The notes under the pieces: generated by a model
Seen by the model: the letters and a program-made list of their open reading frames with translations, nothing else
Database searches by the model: none
Told to the model about the DNA's origin: nothing
Origin: Gemmatimonadales bacterium
Lineage (GTDB): Bacteria; Gemmatimonadota; Gemmatimonadetes; Gemmatimonadales; GWC2-71-9
Assembly: GCA_037189525.1 (NCBI GenBank)
Contig: JBBCJC010000002.1
Span: 736,001 to 800,000, forward strand
Length of the DNA stretch: 64,000 nt
Direction: 5' to 3'
Shown here: positions 35,804-45,196 of the stretch, one piece after another
Position numbering within the stretch: the stretch's first letter is position 1
Layout of the letters: each line of letters starts with the position of its first letter
Made by a program: the position numbers and the translations under genes

Positions 35804-36619
35804 GTGGTGCCAGGCTATCGCCTGATTCAGCGGCTTTCGCGGCCTGGCGCGGCGCCGATCTGGGCTGCAGAGGACTCGGCGGGCAACCAGGTCGCCCTCA
35901 AACACCTCCTGCCGGCCGACCGGCAGCGGCTCGATCTCTTCCATCGTTTCCAGACCGAAGGACGGTTGCAGCGCGAACTCGGCGGGCAGCGACACTTGCT
36001 GCGCTGCTACCGTACCGTGCTCGAACCCGAGCCGGTTCTCGTCCTCGAACTGGCGAGTGGCGGGAGCCTGCGGGAACGTTTGGAAAGCGGGCCGTTAAGC
36101 GTTCAGCGGGCCGCCGACGTGGTCTGCCAGGTAGCCGATGCGCTCGACTGGCTGCATGGCAACGGCGTCTATCATCGCGACGTCAAACCGTCCAACATCC
36201 TGATCATGGCCGACGGCACGGTTCGCCTGGCTGATCTCGGTGTGGCGGCCTGCGGGACTCCGCCGCGCGGCTTGCCCGAAGGATGGATCGAAGAGGAGAT
36301 CGGGACGCTGGGGTACGCCGCGCCGGAGTTGCTCCGTGACCCCGCGCTGGCCACGGCCGCCATCGATGTGTATGCGCTCGGGGTGACCTTGTGCGAGTTG
36401 CTGATCGGAGCGCTGCCGTTGGTCTTTCCCGAGGGTGAATCGGAGGCCGAACTGCGGCAGCGGCTTGCGCAGGGACCGACGCCCGTGCTTCCGCGCGGAC
36501 TGGAGGAGCCGATGCGTACCGTTGTCCGTGGAGCGATTGCGCCGCTGCCCACCGAGCGGCCTGCGACGGCGGCGGCGTTTGCGGCGGCCGTGACCCGAGC
36601 AGCGAACCGGATGGTGTGA
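35804..36619 (+). CDS. Hanks-type Ser/Thr protein kinase (soluble, kinase domain only)
   Basis: VALK, HRDVKPSN, DLG, GTLGYAAPE, DVYALG. Confidence 0.9.
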   Translation: MVPGYRLIQRLSRPGAAPIWAAEDSAGNQVALKHLLPADRQRLDLFHRFQTEGRLQRELGGQRHLLRCYRTVLEPEPVLVLELASGGSLRERLESGPLSVQRAADVVCQVADALDWLHGNGVYHRDVKPSNILIMADGTVRLADLGVAACGTPPRGLPEGWIEEEIGTLGYAAPELLRDPALATAAIDVYALGVTLCELLIGALPLVFPEGESEAELRQRLAQGPTPVLPRGLEEPMRTVVRGAIAPLPTERPATAAAFAAAVTRAANRMV

Positions 36620-36640
36620 TGCGCGGCTGCCGGACCGGCG

Positions 36641-37834
36641 CTAGGGGCCGCCGGCGGTCACGGTCCAGCGATCGCGCCGATCGCGGAAACGGTCGATGTG
36701 CAGATGGAGGCCCGTTCCCGCCCGATCGTTCCAGCCGCGGGCCCGGGCCGCCTGGATCTGCGCCTGCAGGATGGCATCGGTCGAGAAGTCTTTGACCCGG
36801 ATTCCCGAACGGCCGAACGCATCGATCAGAAAACGAACCTGTTCGGTGGAGAGGTCGCGCACGCGAATGTCCAGCGCGCTTCCTTTGCCGTACAGTGAAA
36901 CGTGCTCGGCGTGGTCCTGGCCGGTAATCGTAAACGGACGACTGTGGGCGGCCTGGAACGCGGTCTGGACCCGGTCGACCGCCTGGCGGAACTGATCGGC
37001 GGTCAGGTTCGAACTCAGCGTCTGACTCAGGTCGGCCAGCTTGCCGCCAGCTGCGCGAAGGCCGGCGGGCGGGTTGAGGCGATGAGCCTGGTAGATGTCC
37101 CGGACCGCCTTTGCCACCGTGTTGATGCTGGGCTCGACCCACGGGTTCCGGGCAATCGGGCTCGCGTCCAGCACGGTGATGGCGTCGGCCAACTGGCGAA
37201 GCCCTTCCTCCTGCAGGCCCAGATCGAGCAGTGTCGCTCCCCGTTCCAGACTTCGGGTCGATTCTACCATCAGACTGTCGTAGAGCCGCCCCTCGGCTTC
37301 GGTGAGCGGCGGTGGTCCCTCCGGTCCCCCGGCAGCCGATCGGACCGTGCGGACTAGCAGGGACGCGCCGTAGACACCGGCCGCGACGATCAAACCGATG
37401 GCCAGCCAGGCCCAGATCGGGAACCCGACCCGCGCCGATCCCGCTCGCCGCCTCCGCTTCCACCACCGAGCCCGGCGAGGAGCCTCGGGCGCATAGACCG
37501 GTGCGGGGTCGGGCTCCACCGGCTTGGCGCGCACCGCTCCGGTGACGAACTCGTAGCGCGCTGCAGGGGCAAACTCGATGATATCGGCGTCCGACAGTCG
37601 CGTGGCGGCCGAGATCTGGCGGCCTCCCACGCGTACGGTCGTGGCGCTGGAGAAGGGCGTCAGGTAAAAACCGTCTTCGCGCTCGGTAATCGAGGCGTGC
37701 CGGTCGGCGATGCCCGGCAGGTGGAGCCGGAGCGTGCTCGACGCGGAGGATCCGATCCAGAACGGCGACCGGTCGACGACGGCGGCCTCGCCCCGAGTCG
37801 GGGCAGCCGGGGCAAGGCGAGGAGGCGCAGGCAT
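36641..37834 (-). CDS. FHA domain + TM + C-terminal M15/LAS-like peptidase region
   Basis: FHA-like 'IGS...IADRHASI...LSDADII'; TM 'IWAWLAIGLIVAAGVYG'; C-terminal GSALDI...HLHID. Confidence 0.7.
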   Translation of the reverse strand: MPAPPRLAPAAPTRGEAAVVDRSPFWIGSSASSTLRLHLPGIADRHASITEREDGFYLTPFSSATTVRVGGRQISAATRLSDADIIEFAPAARYEFVTGAVRAKPVEPDPAPVYAPEAPRRARWWKRRRRAGSARVGFPIWAWLAIGLIVAAGVYGASLLVRTVRSAAGGPEGPPPLTEAEGRLYDSLMVESTRSLERGATLLDLGLQEEGLRQLADAITVLDASPIARNPWVEPSINTVAKAVRDIYQAHRLNPPAGLRAAGGKLADLSQTLSSNLTADQFRQAVDRVQTAFQAAHSRPFTITGQDHAEHVSLYGKGSALDIRVRDLSTEQVRFLIDAFGRSGIRVKDFSTDAILQAQIQAARARGWNDRAGTGLHLHIDRFRDRRDRWTVTAGGP

Positions 37835-37985
37835 CGGATTCAAGATGCTGCAGGCATTGGGCCGTGGCCAGACCCTAGCCAGTCTGATTTGCGGACGTAG
37901 GTTTGGGCTCGGCCCGTCCCTATTTTGCACGATTGGATACCTGAGAAACCTCGCGGAGCCCACCGGGGCGACGCGGTGAGGATGC

Positions 37986-39233
37986 ATGGGCTGGATTGCT
38001 TCGATAAGCGCAGTGCTGCTGTGGGCCGCGATGCCGGGGATGGTGAGAGCCCAGAACGGGCCCATCACGATCTTTGCCGGTCGCGTCATCGATGGCCAGG
38101 GCACCGTGCATCGAAATGCGACAGTGGTCGTCGATCGTGGCCGAATCCTTCGGATCGAGCCGCGGAAACTGGACGCACCCGCCTATGATTTTCCGCGGGC
38201 CACCGTCATGCCCGGCCTGATCGATCTGCACGTGCATCCGACCTGGTACATCACCACTAAAGGCCGGATGCACGTCGCCGGCGACGGCGATTCTCCCGCC
38301 ACGGCAACTCTCGCGGCGGCGGCTAATGCATACCGCACCCTGATGGCCGGCTTCACGACCATCGTCAGTTTGGGTGCGCCCGAAGATCGCGATCTACGGG
38401 ATGCCATTGCGGCCGGAACCACGCCGGGTCCACGCGTGCTGACCAGCCTGGCGCCGATCACGGATAGCGCGCTGACACCGGAGCAACTGCGAAGTCAGGT
38501 GCGGGAACGGGTGGCGGCTGGTGCGGACCTGATCAAAGTCTTCGCGTCGGCGCGTCTGGCCGACGGGGGCGGATCGACCTTTCGCCCGGCGCAGCTCGAA
38601 GCAATCTGTCAGGAAGCCCGCAGCGCCGGCGTGCGTACCTTTGTCCATGCGCACCGCGACGAGAGCATCCAGGCGGCGGCCGAAGCCGGATGCGATCAGG
38701 TGGAGCATGGTCTGTTTGCGACCCGCGCCGCCTTGGATCTGATGGCATCGAAGGGGACCTCGTTCGGTCCGCAGTGTAGCCTGATTTTCCGGAACTATCT
38801 GGACAATCGGCGCTGGTTCCAAGGGTTGCCGGGCATGGGCGACGACTTCTTTGCCGCCATGGAGCGCTCGGTGCCGCTGGCGGTAGGCGCGCTGCGCGAA
38901 GCGATCGGGGTGCCGTCGTTGACGATCGGATTCGGCACCGATGCTTTTGCGGGTTCCCACGGGCGGAACGCCGACGATCTGGTCTGCCGGGTCCGCCAGG
39001 CAGGGCAGCGGCCGGCGGACGCGCTCCTCTCCGCCACGTCGGTCAACGCCCGAATCCTCGGCCTCGACAAGGAAATCGGGCGACTGGCCCCGGGGTATCA
39101 GGCTGACCTGATCGTCCTCGACGGCAATCCGCTCGATGACATCACGGCGGTGCAGCGCGTCGTGATGGTCATGCGGGGAGGGCGCGTCTATCGCCACGAT
39201 CCGACGGCCTCCGACTTTCGGGCCTTCCGATGA
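37986..39233 (+). CDS. Exported amidohydrolase (Xaa-Pro dipeptidase-like)
   Basis: MPGLIDLHVH, GADLIK, HAH, VEHG, FGTD, G.LAPG..ADLIVLDGNPL. Confidence 0.9.
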   Translation: MGWIASISAVLLWAAMPGMVRAQNGPITIFAGRVIDGQGTVHRNATVVVDRGRILRIEPRKLDAPAYDFPRATVMPGLIDLHVHPTWYITTKGRMHVAGDGDSPATATLAAAANAYRTLMAGFTTIVSLGAPEDRDLRDAIAAGTTPGPRVLTSLAPITDSALTPEQLRSQVRERVAAGADLIKVFASARLADGGGSTFRPAQLEAICQEARSAGVRTFVHAHRDESIQAAAEAGCDQVEHGLFATRAALDLMASKGTSFGPQCSLIFRNYLDNRRWFQGLPGMGDDFFAAMERSVPLAVGALREAIGVPSLTIGFGTDAFAGSHGRNADDLVCRVRQAGQRPADALLSATSVNARILGLDKEIGRLAPGYQADLIVLDGNPLDDITAVQRVVMVMRGGRVYRHDPTASDFRAFR

Positions 39234-40717
39234 TGGACGGCTTTGCGCTCGCGGTGGGTCTCGTCGGCGGCGGTCTCGTCGTCGGTCTCTGGGCGCGGAG
39301 AGTGGGACGGAAGCGGGATGAACTCCGCGCCACCAGTCTCGAAACGCACCGGCAGACGCTCGAAGTCGGCTCGGCCCGCGCCCGGGCGGACCTGCTCAAG
39401 GCCGAGGCGAAAGAAAAGGCCGTGACCGAAGACCTGGCGGCCACTCGGCGCACCGTAGCGGCCGTGCAGGCCGAACTCGAGGCGTTGCGGGTGGCGTTCG
39501 AAGAGGCGGATCACGGCCGGGACGTCGCGACCCATCGGATCGAGAATGCCCGGGCCGAGCTCTCTGCCAGCCGGGCACGGATCGGGGAACTCGAGCGGCA
39601 GCTGGAGACGCTGGCTGCGCGCGAGCCCGTAGTCGTTGGCTCCTGGGCCAGCGGCGGGCTCGGGGCCGATGAACCGGCCGAGACCGATCGCGGTGCGGTG
39701 CAAGACCGGGATGATGCGGAGCTGTCACGGGTCGAGGCCGAACTCGAGGCGGTGCGACAGGAGCGTGACCGCCTGGCATCGGCGGCGGCCGAGGAGCGCC
39801 GCCGGAGCGAGACCGTTCGTGCTCAGCTGGCGGCACGGGTAGCGGAAGAGGAGCGCCGTGTGGGTGAGGCGATCGAGGCCGCGGAAGCCGCCGCCGGCGA
39901 GCGCGATACCGCTACGGCGCGCGTCGACGGCCTGGCCGTGCGCGTGGGCGACCTCGAAGCGGCTCTCCGTGCCGAGCGAGTGGCGCATCAGGAAGAGCTG
40001 GCGAGCCTTGCTGCGCAGCGCGGGGCGTTGCTGGCGCAGGTCGAGCGGCTCGAACCGCTGCGCCGCCAGGTGGCCGACCGCGAGGAGCTGATCCGCTCCC
40101 TGGCGCGGGAACGGGATGACGCCACCGCGGCGCTCGTGCGGATCGAGCGGGATGCAATTGCCCAGGGAGACGAACTGGCCGCGCTCCGTCGCGAGCGGGA
40201 GCAACTGGCCAGCGCCAACGGCGCCAATCACACTCGCGTCGTGGAGCTCGAAACCCGGCTCGTCGTCATGGGCAGGGAGCGAGACCAGATCGAGGCCGAG
40301 CAGAAGCGTCTGACGGCCCGAGTCGAGAGCCTGCGGGCGGAGATCCGCGAACGGGATGTCCGGTTCCGCGCCTTGCTCGACGATCGGCGGTCGTTCGTCG
40401 AGGCCAGTCGTGCGCAGGAAGCAAAGCTGCGGGAAGATCTGGTCAGGGCTCGTCTCAACGGGCCGGCCGGCAACGGTCGCCCGCCGAGTGGCGACCGGGA
40501 CGATCTCAAGCGGATCTATGGGATCGGTCCCGCCATCGAGCGCCTCCTGTTTGCCCGGGGCATTACCACCTACCGGCAACTGGCTGAGCTGACCGAGGAG
40601 GATCTGGATGAGATCAGCCGGTCGATCGGCGGGTACCGCGGGCGGATTGCGCGAGACCATTGGGCTGAACAGGCCCGGCGGGAACACGAGCGAACTCACG
40701 GGGACCGGCTGGAATGA
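39230..40717 (+). CDS. Membrane-anchored coiled-coil protein with C-terminal helix-hairpin-helix domain
   Basis: N-terminal TM; long heptad repeats; DDLKRIYGIGPAIERLL...GITTYRQLA. Confidence 0.8.
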   Translation: MMDGFALAVGLVGGGLVVGLWARRVGRKRDELRATSLETHRQTLEVGSARARADLLKAEAKEKAVTEDLAATRRTVAAVQAELEALRVAFEEADHGRDVATHRIENARAELSASRARIGELERQLETLAAREPVVVGSWASGGLGADEPAETDRGAVQDRDDAELSRVEAELEAVRQERDRLASAAAEERRRSETVRAQLAARVAEEERRVGEAIEAAEAAAGERDTATARVDGLAVRVGDLEAALRAERVAHQEELASLAAQRGALLAQVERLEPLRRQVADREELIRSLARERDDATAALVRIERDAIAQGDELAALRREREQLASANGANHTRVVELETRLVVMGRERDQIEAEQKRLTARVESLRAEIRERDVRFRALLDDRRSFVEASRAQEAKLREDLVRARLNGPAGNGRPPSGDRDDLKRIYGIGPAIERLLFARGITTYRQLAELTEEDLDEISRSIGGYRGRIARDHWAEQARREHERTHGDRLE

Positions 40718-40778
40718 CGGTGGCTATATTCCGCCCGATTCCGATGGTCCCGAACGCGAACATGGTGTGCCGAATCTG

Positions 40779-41840
40779 ATGAAACTCTCTCTTCCTGTAG
40801 CGGTGGCTGCGGTTGGTGTCCTTGCGCTGGCCTGCTCCTCCGGTCAATCCGGCGCGAGCCGCGTCACGGTCGCGCCGGAGACCGGCGAGCGCCACTTGAC
40901 CAACATCCGGCAGCTCACCTTCGGCGGTAACAACGCCGAGGCGTATTTCTCGCGCGACGGTCAGAAGATCATCTTCCAGCGGCAGGAACAACTGGAAACC
41001 GGTTGCGACCAGCAATACGTGATGAATGCCGACGGGTCGGGGATGCGCCGGGTCTCGAACGGTCAGGGTCGCACGACCTGCGGTTATTTCTACGACAACG
41101 ATCGCCGGATCCTCTACAGTTCCACCTTCAAGCACGATCCGGCCTGCCCGGCGCGGCCCGATCAGTCGCGCGGCTATGTCTGGCCGCTCGGTCATTTCGA
41201 GATCTACACCGCCAAGGTCGACGGCTCCGATCTCCGCCAGCTGACCAGCAACGGCGCGTACAACGCCGAGGCTACGGTATCGCCGGATGGCCGCTCGATC
41301 ATCTTCACCTCCACGATGGATGGAGATATCGAGCTCTATACCATGGATATCGACGGGTCCAACCTCCGTCGCATCACCAAGCGCGTGGGGTACGACGGCG
41401 GGGCGTTCTTCTCGCCCGACGGCCGCTCGATCGTTTGGCGCGCATGGTATCCCGAAACGGCGCGCGACTCGGCCGACTACAGCGGGCTCCTGCAGCAGCG
41501 GTTGGTGCGTCCGGCGCGGGTCGAGCTCTGGGTTGCCGATCGTGACGGCTCCAATGCCCGGCAGATCACCCGCCTGGGCGGCGCCAACTTCGCGCCGTTT
41601 TTCCATCCGGACGGCAAGCGGATCGTCTTCTCGTCCAATTTCACGGAGCCGCGCAGCGGACGCTTCGATCTGTATCTGATCAATATCGACGGGAGTGGCC
41701 TGGAACGGGTCACCACCTACGAGGATTTCGACAGTTTCCCGATGTTCAGCCCGGACGGCACGAAACTGATCTGGGCGTCGAACCGTAACGGAAAGACGGA
41801 ACGGGAAACCAACCTCTTCATCGCGGATTGGGTGGAATAG
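40779..41840 (+). CDS. TolB-like PD40-repeat lipoprotein
   Basis: Lipobox LALAC; repeated FSPDG motifs. Confidence 0.9.
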   Translation: MKLSLPVAVAAVGVLALACSSGQSGASRVTVAPETGERHLTNIRQLTFGGNNAEAYFSRDGQKIIFQRQEQLETGCDQQYVMNADGSGMRRVSNGQGRTTCGYFYDNDRRILYSSTFKHDPACPARPDQSRGYVWPLGHFEIYTAKVDGSDLRQLTSNGAYNAEATVSPDGRSIIFTSTMDGDIELYTMDIDGSNLRRITKRVGYDGGAFFSPDGRSIVWRAWYPETARDSADYSGLLQQRLVRPARVELWVADRDGSNARQITRLGGANFAPFFHPDGKRIVFSSNFTEPRSGRFDLYLINIDGSGLERVTTYEDFDSFPMFSPDGTKLIWASNRNGKTERETNLFIADWVE

Positions 41841-41846
41841 CGGTCG

Positions 41847-42545
41847 ATGCGCGGGTTCGTGCGCTGGATCTGGGATTGGATCAAATCGATCGCCGTCGCG
41901 CTGGTGGTGTGGTTTTTCCTCCGTACCTTCCTCGTCGAAGCGTTTCGGATCCCGTCCGGCAGCATGGAAAACACCCTCCTGATCGGCGATTTCCTCTTCG
42001 TCAACAAGTTGCTGTACGGGGCGGAAGTGCCCCTGATCGGAAAGCGCCTGCCGGCCGTGCGTGAACCCGAGCGGAACGATGTGATCGTGTTCGACTCGGT
42101 CGAAGAAGAAGGTCTCAAAGTCGTCAAACGGCTGGTCGGTCTCCCGGGCGACACCCTCTCGATGGAAAACGGAACGCTCTACCGTGACGGCCAGAAAGTC
42201 GACGAGCCGTGGGTGGTGCGGACCGACCTCAATTCTCACGCCGACGCATCGTCGCGGGCCCAGATGCGTCGGTGGCAGATCCGGTATTACGTCGGCAGCA
42301 ACCCGGACCGGTACAATCCGGATCTCAATACCTGGGGCCCCATCGTGGTGCCGCCGGATTCCTTCCTGATGCTGGGCGACAACCGCGACGGCTCCTATGA
42401 TGGCCGGTATTACGGCTTTCTGCCGCGGGCCAACGTGCGTGGACGGCCGTTGATCGTCTACTTCAGCTACGACCCGGAGACGTTCAAGCGGGCTCCGTAC
42501 CTGACCAACATTCGCTGGGGCCGCCTCTTTACCACACCGGAGTGA
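41847..42545 (+). CDS. lepB: Signal peptidase I
   Basis: IPSGSMENTL, VKRLVGLPGD, GDNRDGSYDGRY. Confidence 0.95.
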   Translation: MRGFVRWIWDWIKSIAVALVVWFFLRTFLVEAFRIPSGSMENTLLIGDFLFVNKLLYGAEVPLIGKRLPAVREPERNDVIVFDSVEEEGLKVVKRLVGLPGDTLSMENGTLYRDGQKVDEPWVVRTDLNSHADASSRAQMRRWQIRYYVGSNPDRYNPDLNTWGPIVVPPDSFLMLGDNRDGSYDGRYYGFLPRANVRGRPLIVYFSYDPETFKRAPYLTNIRWGRLFTTPE

Positions 42546-42662
42546 CGAGGCCGTTTTCCGGTCATCGACTCCCGGCTCGGCGCGCGACGCGACAGTCCGC
42601 TTTGCCTCGTGCCCGGTCGCCTCTATCTTGCGCCATTCCCCAGAACGCGACGTGATCAGCGC

Positions 42663-43988
42663 ATGATCGTCTCAGGCGCCCGGTGGACCGTCTCCCTTTC
42701 GCTCGCACTCGCGGCCGGATGCGCTGCGGGGGCATCCGGTCCGGTCACGGTGCCGGCTGCCGAGCTACCCAGCCTCGAAGCGGCGCGCACCAGGACGCCA
42801 CGCGATCGCGATCTCCTGGTGCGGCTGGGCGTCGGCTACTATCAGGCCGGCCGCCTGACCCAGGCCATCGATGTGCTCCGCGCCGCTCGCGCCGTCGAAC
42901 CCTCCTTTGCCGGCCTCGTCTATCTCGGACTCGCGTTCGAAGGCGCGGGCAATCTCGACAGCGCGGCAACGGTATACCAGTCGCTCGCCGCGATGCGGCT
43001 CAGTCGTGCCGAGCAAGCGGAGGTGGGGCTGCGGCTCACCAATGTCACGCAGCGGCAACTGGCGGCGTTTGCCCGAGACGCGGTTGCGCGCGAAGGGGCT
43101 TTGAGCCGGGAGCGTCCGACGCCCAACGTGGTGGCGGTGCTGCCCTGGCGCTACCTGGGCAACAACCGGGAGCTCCAACCGCTCGAAAAGGGGATCACGC
43201 ATCTGATCCTCACCGATCTGAGCCGGATCGGATCGCTCCGATTGGTCGAGCGGGAGCGGGTACAGGCGTTGACGCAGGAAATGTCGCTCACGGCCGCGCA
43301 GCGCACCGAGCCCGGAACCGGAGCGCGATCGGGCCGCCTGCTCAAGGCGGAGCGGGTGGTGCAGGGTACTTTGCGGGACGAGCCGCGCGGCGGCAACCTC
43401 CGCCTCGATGCCAGCGCCGTGACCACGCAGACCGGCGCCGTCGCCGCCCGGGGCTCGGCCTCGGATCGCCTGGCCGAGCTGTTTGCCATGCAGAAGCGGG
43501 TGGTGCTGGAACTCATCGGCCAGCTGGGCATCACGCTCTCGGCTGCGGAGCGGCGCGCCATCGACGAGCGCCCGACCGCGGACCTGCAGGCCTTTCTCGC
43601 CTTCAGCCGCGGACTCGATGCGCGCGACCGGGGTGATTTTGCCGCCGCCGCTGCGGAGTTCCAGGCCGCCGTCGCACGCGATCCCGGATTCCAGGATGCA
43701 CGCGAGCAAGCGGCGGCCGCCAATCGGCTCAGTGTCGCCATGGGGCGGACCCCGACTCAGCTTTCCGGTTTCGTGACCGGGCCCGGAACAGCGGGGACCG
43801 AACGCGGGTTCACCACCGCGCTCGATGCCCTCGACATCGTGGCGCCCTCGAGTGCCGGGACCCTGATCCGTCAAACCGCGCACCGTCTGCCGCTGCCCCA
43901 TGCGCGGCCCACCGAGGCGTTGCGACAGGACGATCCTTCCCGGATCCGCTCGATTGCCGAGTTGATCATCGTGATTCCGCGGCCATGA
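42663..43988 (+). CDS. TPR + CsgG/FlgO-like lipoprotein
   Basis: Lipobox LAAGC; TPR helices; VAVLP...LRLVERER...GRLL. Confidence 0.75.
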   Translation: MIVSGARWTVSLSLALAAGCAAGASGPVTVPAAELPSLEAARTRTPRDRDLLVRLGVGYYQAGRLTQAIDVLRAARAVEPSFAGLVYLGLAFEGAGNLDSAATVYQSLAAMRLSRAEQAEVGLRLTNVTQRQLAAFARDAVAREGALSRERPTPNVVAVLPWRYLGNNRELQPLEKGITHLILTDLSRIGSLRLVERERVQALTQEMSLTAAQRTEPGTGARSGRLLKAERVVQGTLRDEPRGGNLRLDASAVTTQTGAVAARGSASDRLAELFAMQKRVVLELIGQLGITLSAAERRAIDERPTADLQAFLAFSRGLDARDRGDFAAAAAEFQAAVARDPGFQDAREQAAAANRLSVAMGRTPTQLSGFVTGPGTAGTERGFTTALDALDIVAPSSAGTLIRQTAHRLPLPHARPTEALRQDDPSRIRSIAELIIVIPRP

Positions 43989-45094
43989 TGCGACACCGTC
44001 TTCTGCTGGTTGCCGCCCTTGTCGTTCCGGCCGGGCTCCGGGCGCAAACTCCGGCCACTGCGGATGAGCGCAACGCCTGGGTGGTTGGTGTGCAGGCTCG
44101 GCAGCTGCGATTCAAAACCGCGGCCGACGAGTTCACCGTGCGCCAGATCGTGGTGCCCGCCGGACTCGGCTGGCGGCGTGGCGCGCTGGGGTTGGATCTG
44201 GGTACGGCCTGGGTGGACAGCCGGCTCGCGGGCGGCGTTGGCTCGCGCTCGGTATCTGGGCTCACGGATACCCAGGTCCGGGGGACCTACACCTTTGGTC
44301 ACGATCTGGCCGTGCTGACCGTGGCGGCGAATCTGCCGACCGGCCTCAAAGACGCCCCGCTCGACGATGCGCCCGTGCTCGGTGCCGTGTCCTCGAGCTT
44401 CCTGGCCTTTCCGGTTCCCGCGCACGGCAGTGGCGCCGCGTTGACGGGCGGGCTGGCCGTGGCCGTTCCCGCCGGCGAATGGAACGTCGGCTTGGCCGGC
44501 AGCCTGCGGTGGAGCGCCGAGTACACTCCCTATCGGGACGGTCAGGCCTCCTACGCCTACCAGCCCGGGATCGAAGGCCGGCTTCGGGCCGGGGTCGACC
44601 GCGTGGTCGGACGGTCTCGCGTTACGGCAGGTCTCACCTTCAGCACCTTCGGCACCGATGAATTCGGAACCGGGTCGACGGTGACCGGAGTCTATCGCCC
44701 CGGCCCCCGCTGGATTGCCGAAGCCGCCACCGTCACGGCGCTCGGCGCGCGGTCGTCGCTGGCGGTGTTCGGGTGGCACTATCAACGCACCGACGGCGAT
44801 GCCGATGGCGTGTCGGTTGGCAACCGGGAGCGGATCAGCAGCCTGGGCGCCTCGGTTCGGTCCTCGCTCACCCCGGCGGTGGAGGGCCATCTGGGCATCG
44901 ATGGCCGGCTCGCGCGCATCGGGGAAACGCCCGGGCGGATGATTGGCGCTGAGGCAGGTCTGGGTCTCCGGATGTCCGAGCGCTTCAGCCTGGTGCCAAC
45001 CATCCGGTACGAATCGGGTCGGTTAGAGCCGGGGTCGGGAGATCAGACCCTTCGGGGATTGTCAGGGTCGGTGTTTCTTCGGAGTCGCCTCTAG
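43985..45094 (+). CDS. Outer-membrane beta-barrel protein
   Basis: Signal peptide; alternating amphipathic strands; coupled to the lipoprotein gene. Confidence 0.65.
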   Translation: MMRHRLLLVAALVVPAGLRAQTPATADERNAWVVGVQARQLRFKTAADEFTVRQIVVPAGLGWRRGALGLDLGTAWVDSRLAGGVGSRSVSGLTDTQVRGTYTFGHDLAVLTVAANLPTGLKDAPLDDAPVLGAVSSSFLAFPVPAHGSGAALTGGLAVAVPAGEWNVGLAGSLRWSAEYTPYRDGQASYAYQPGIEGRLRAGVDRVVGRSRVTAGLTFSTFGTDEFGTGSTVTGVYRPGPRWIAEAATVTALGARSSLAVFGWHYQRTDGDADGVSVGNRERISSLGASVRSSLTPAVEGHLGIDGRLARIGETPGRMIGAEAGLGLRMSERFSLVPTIRYESGRLEPGSGDQTLRGLSGSVFLRSRL

Positions 45095-45196
45095 AACTCC
45101 TCGCTATCGAGACACCGTTTTCTTGACGGATCCGCTGCCCATGTGATACGTTGACGCCCGGTCGGTCCAGCTCGAGACCGGGGAACGAGGGATCAC

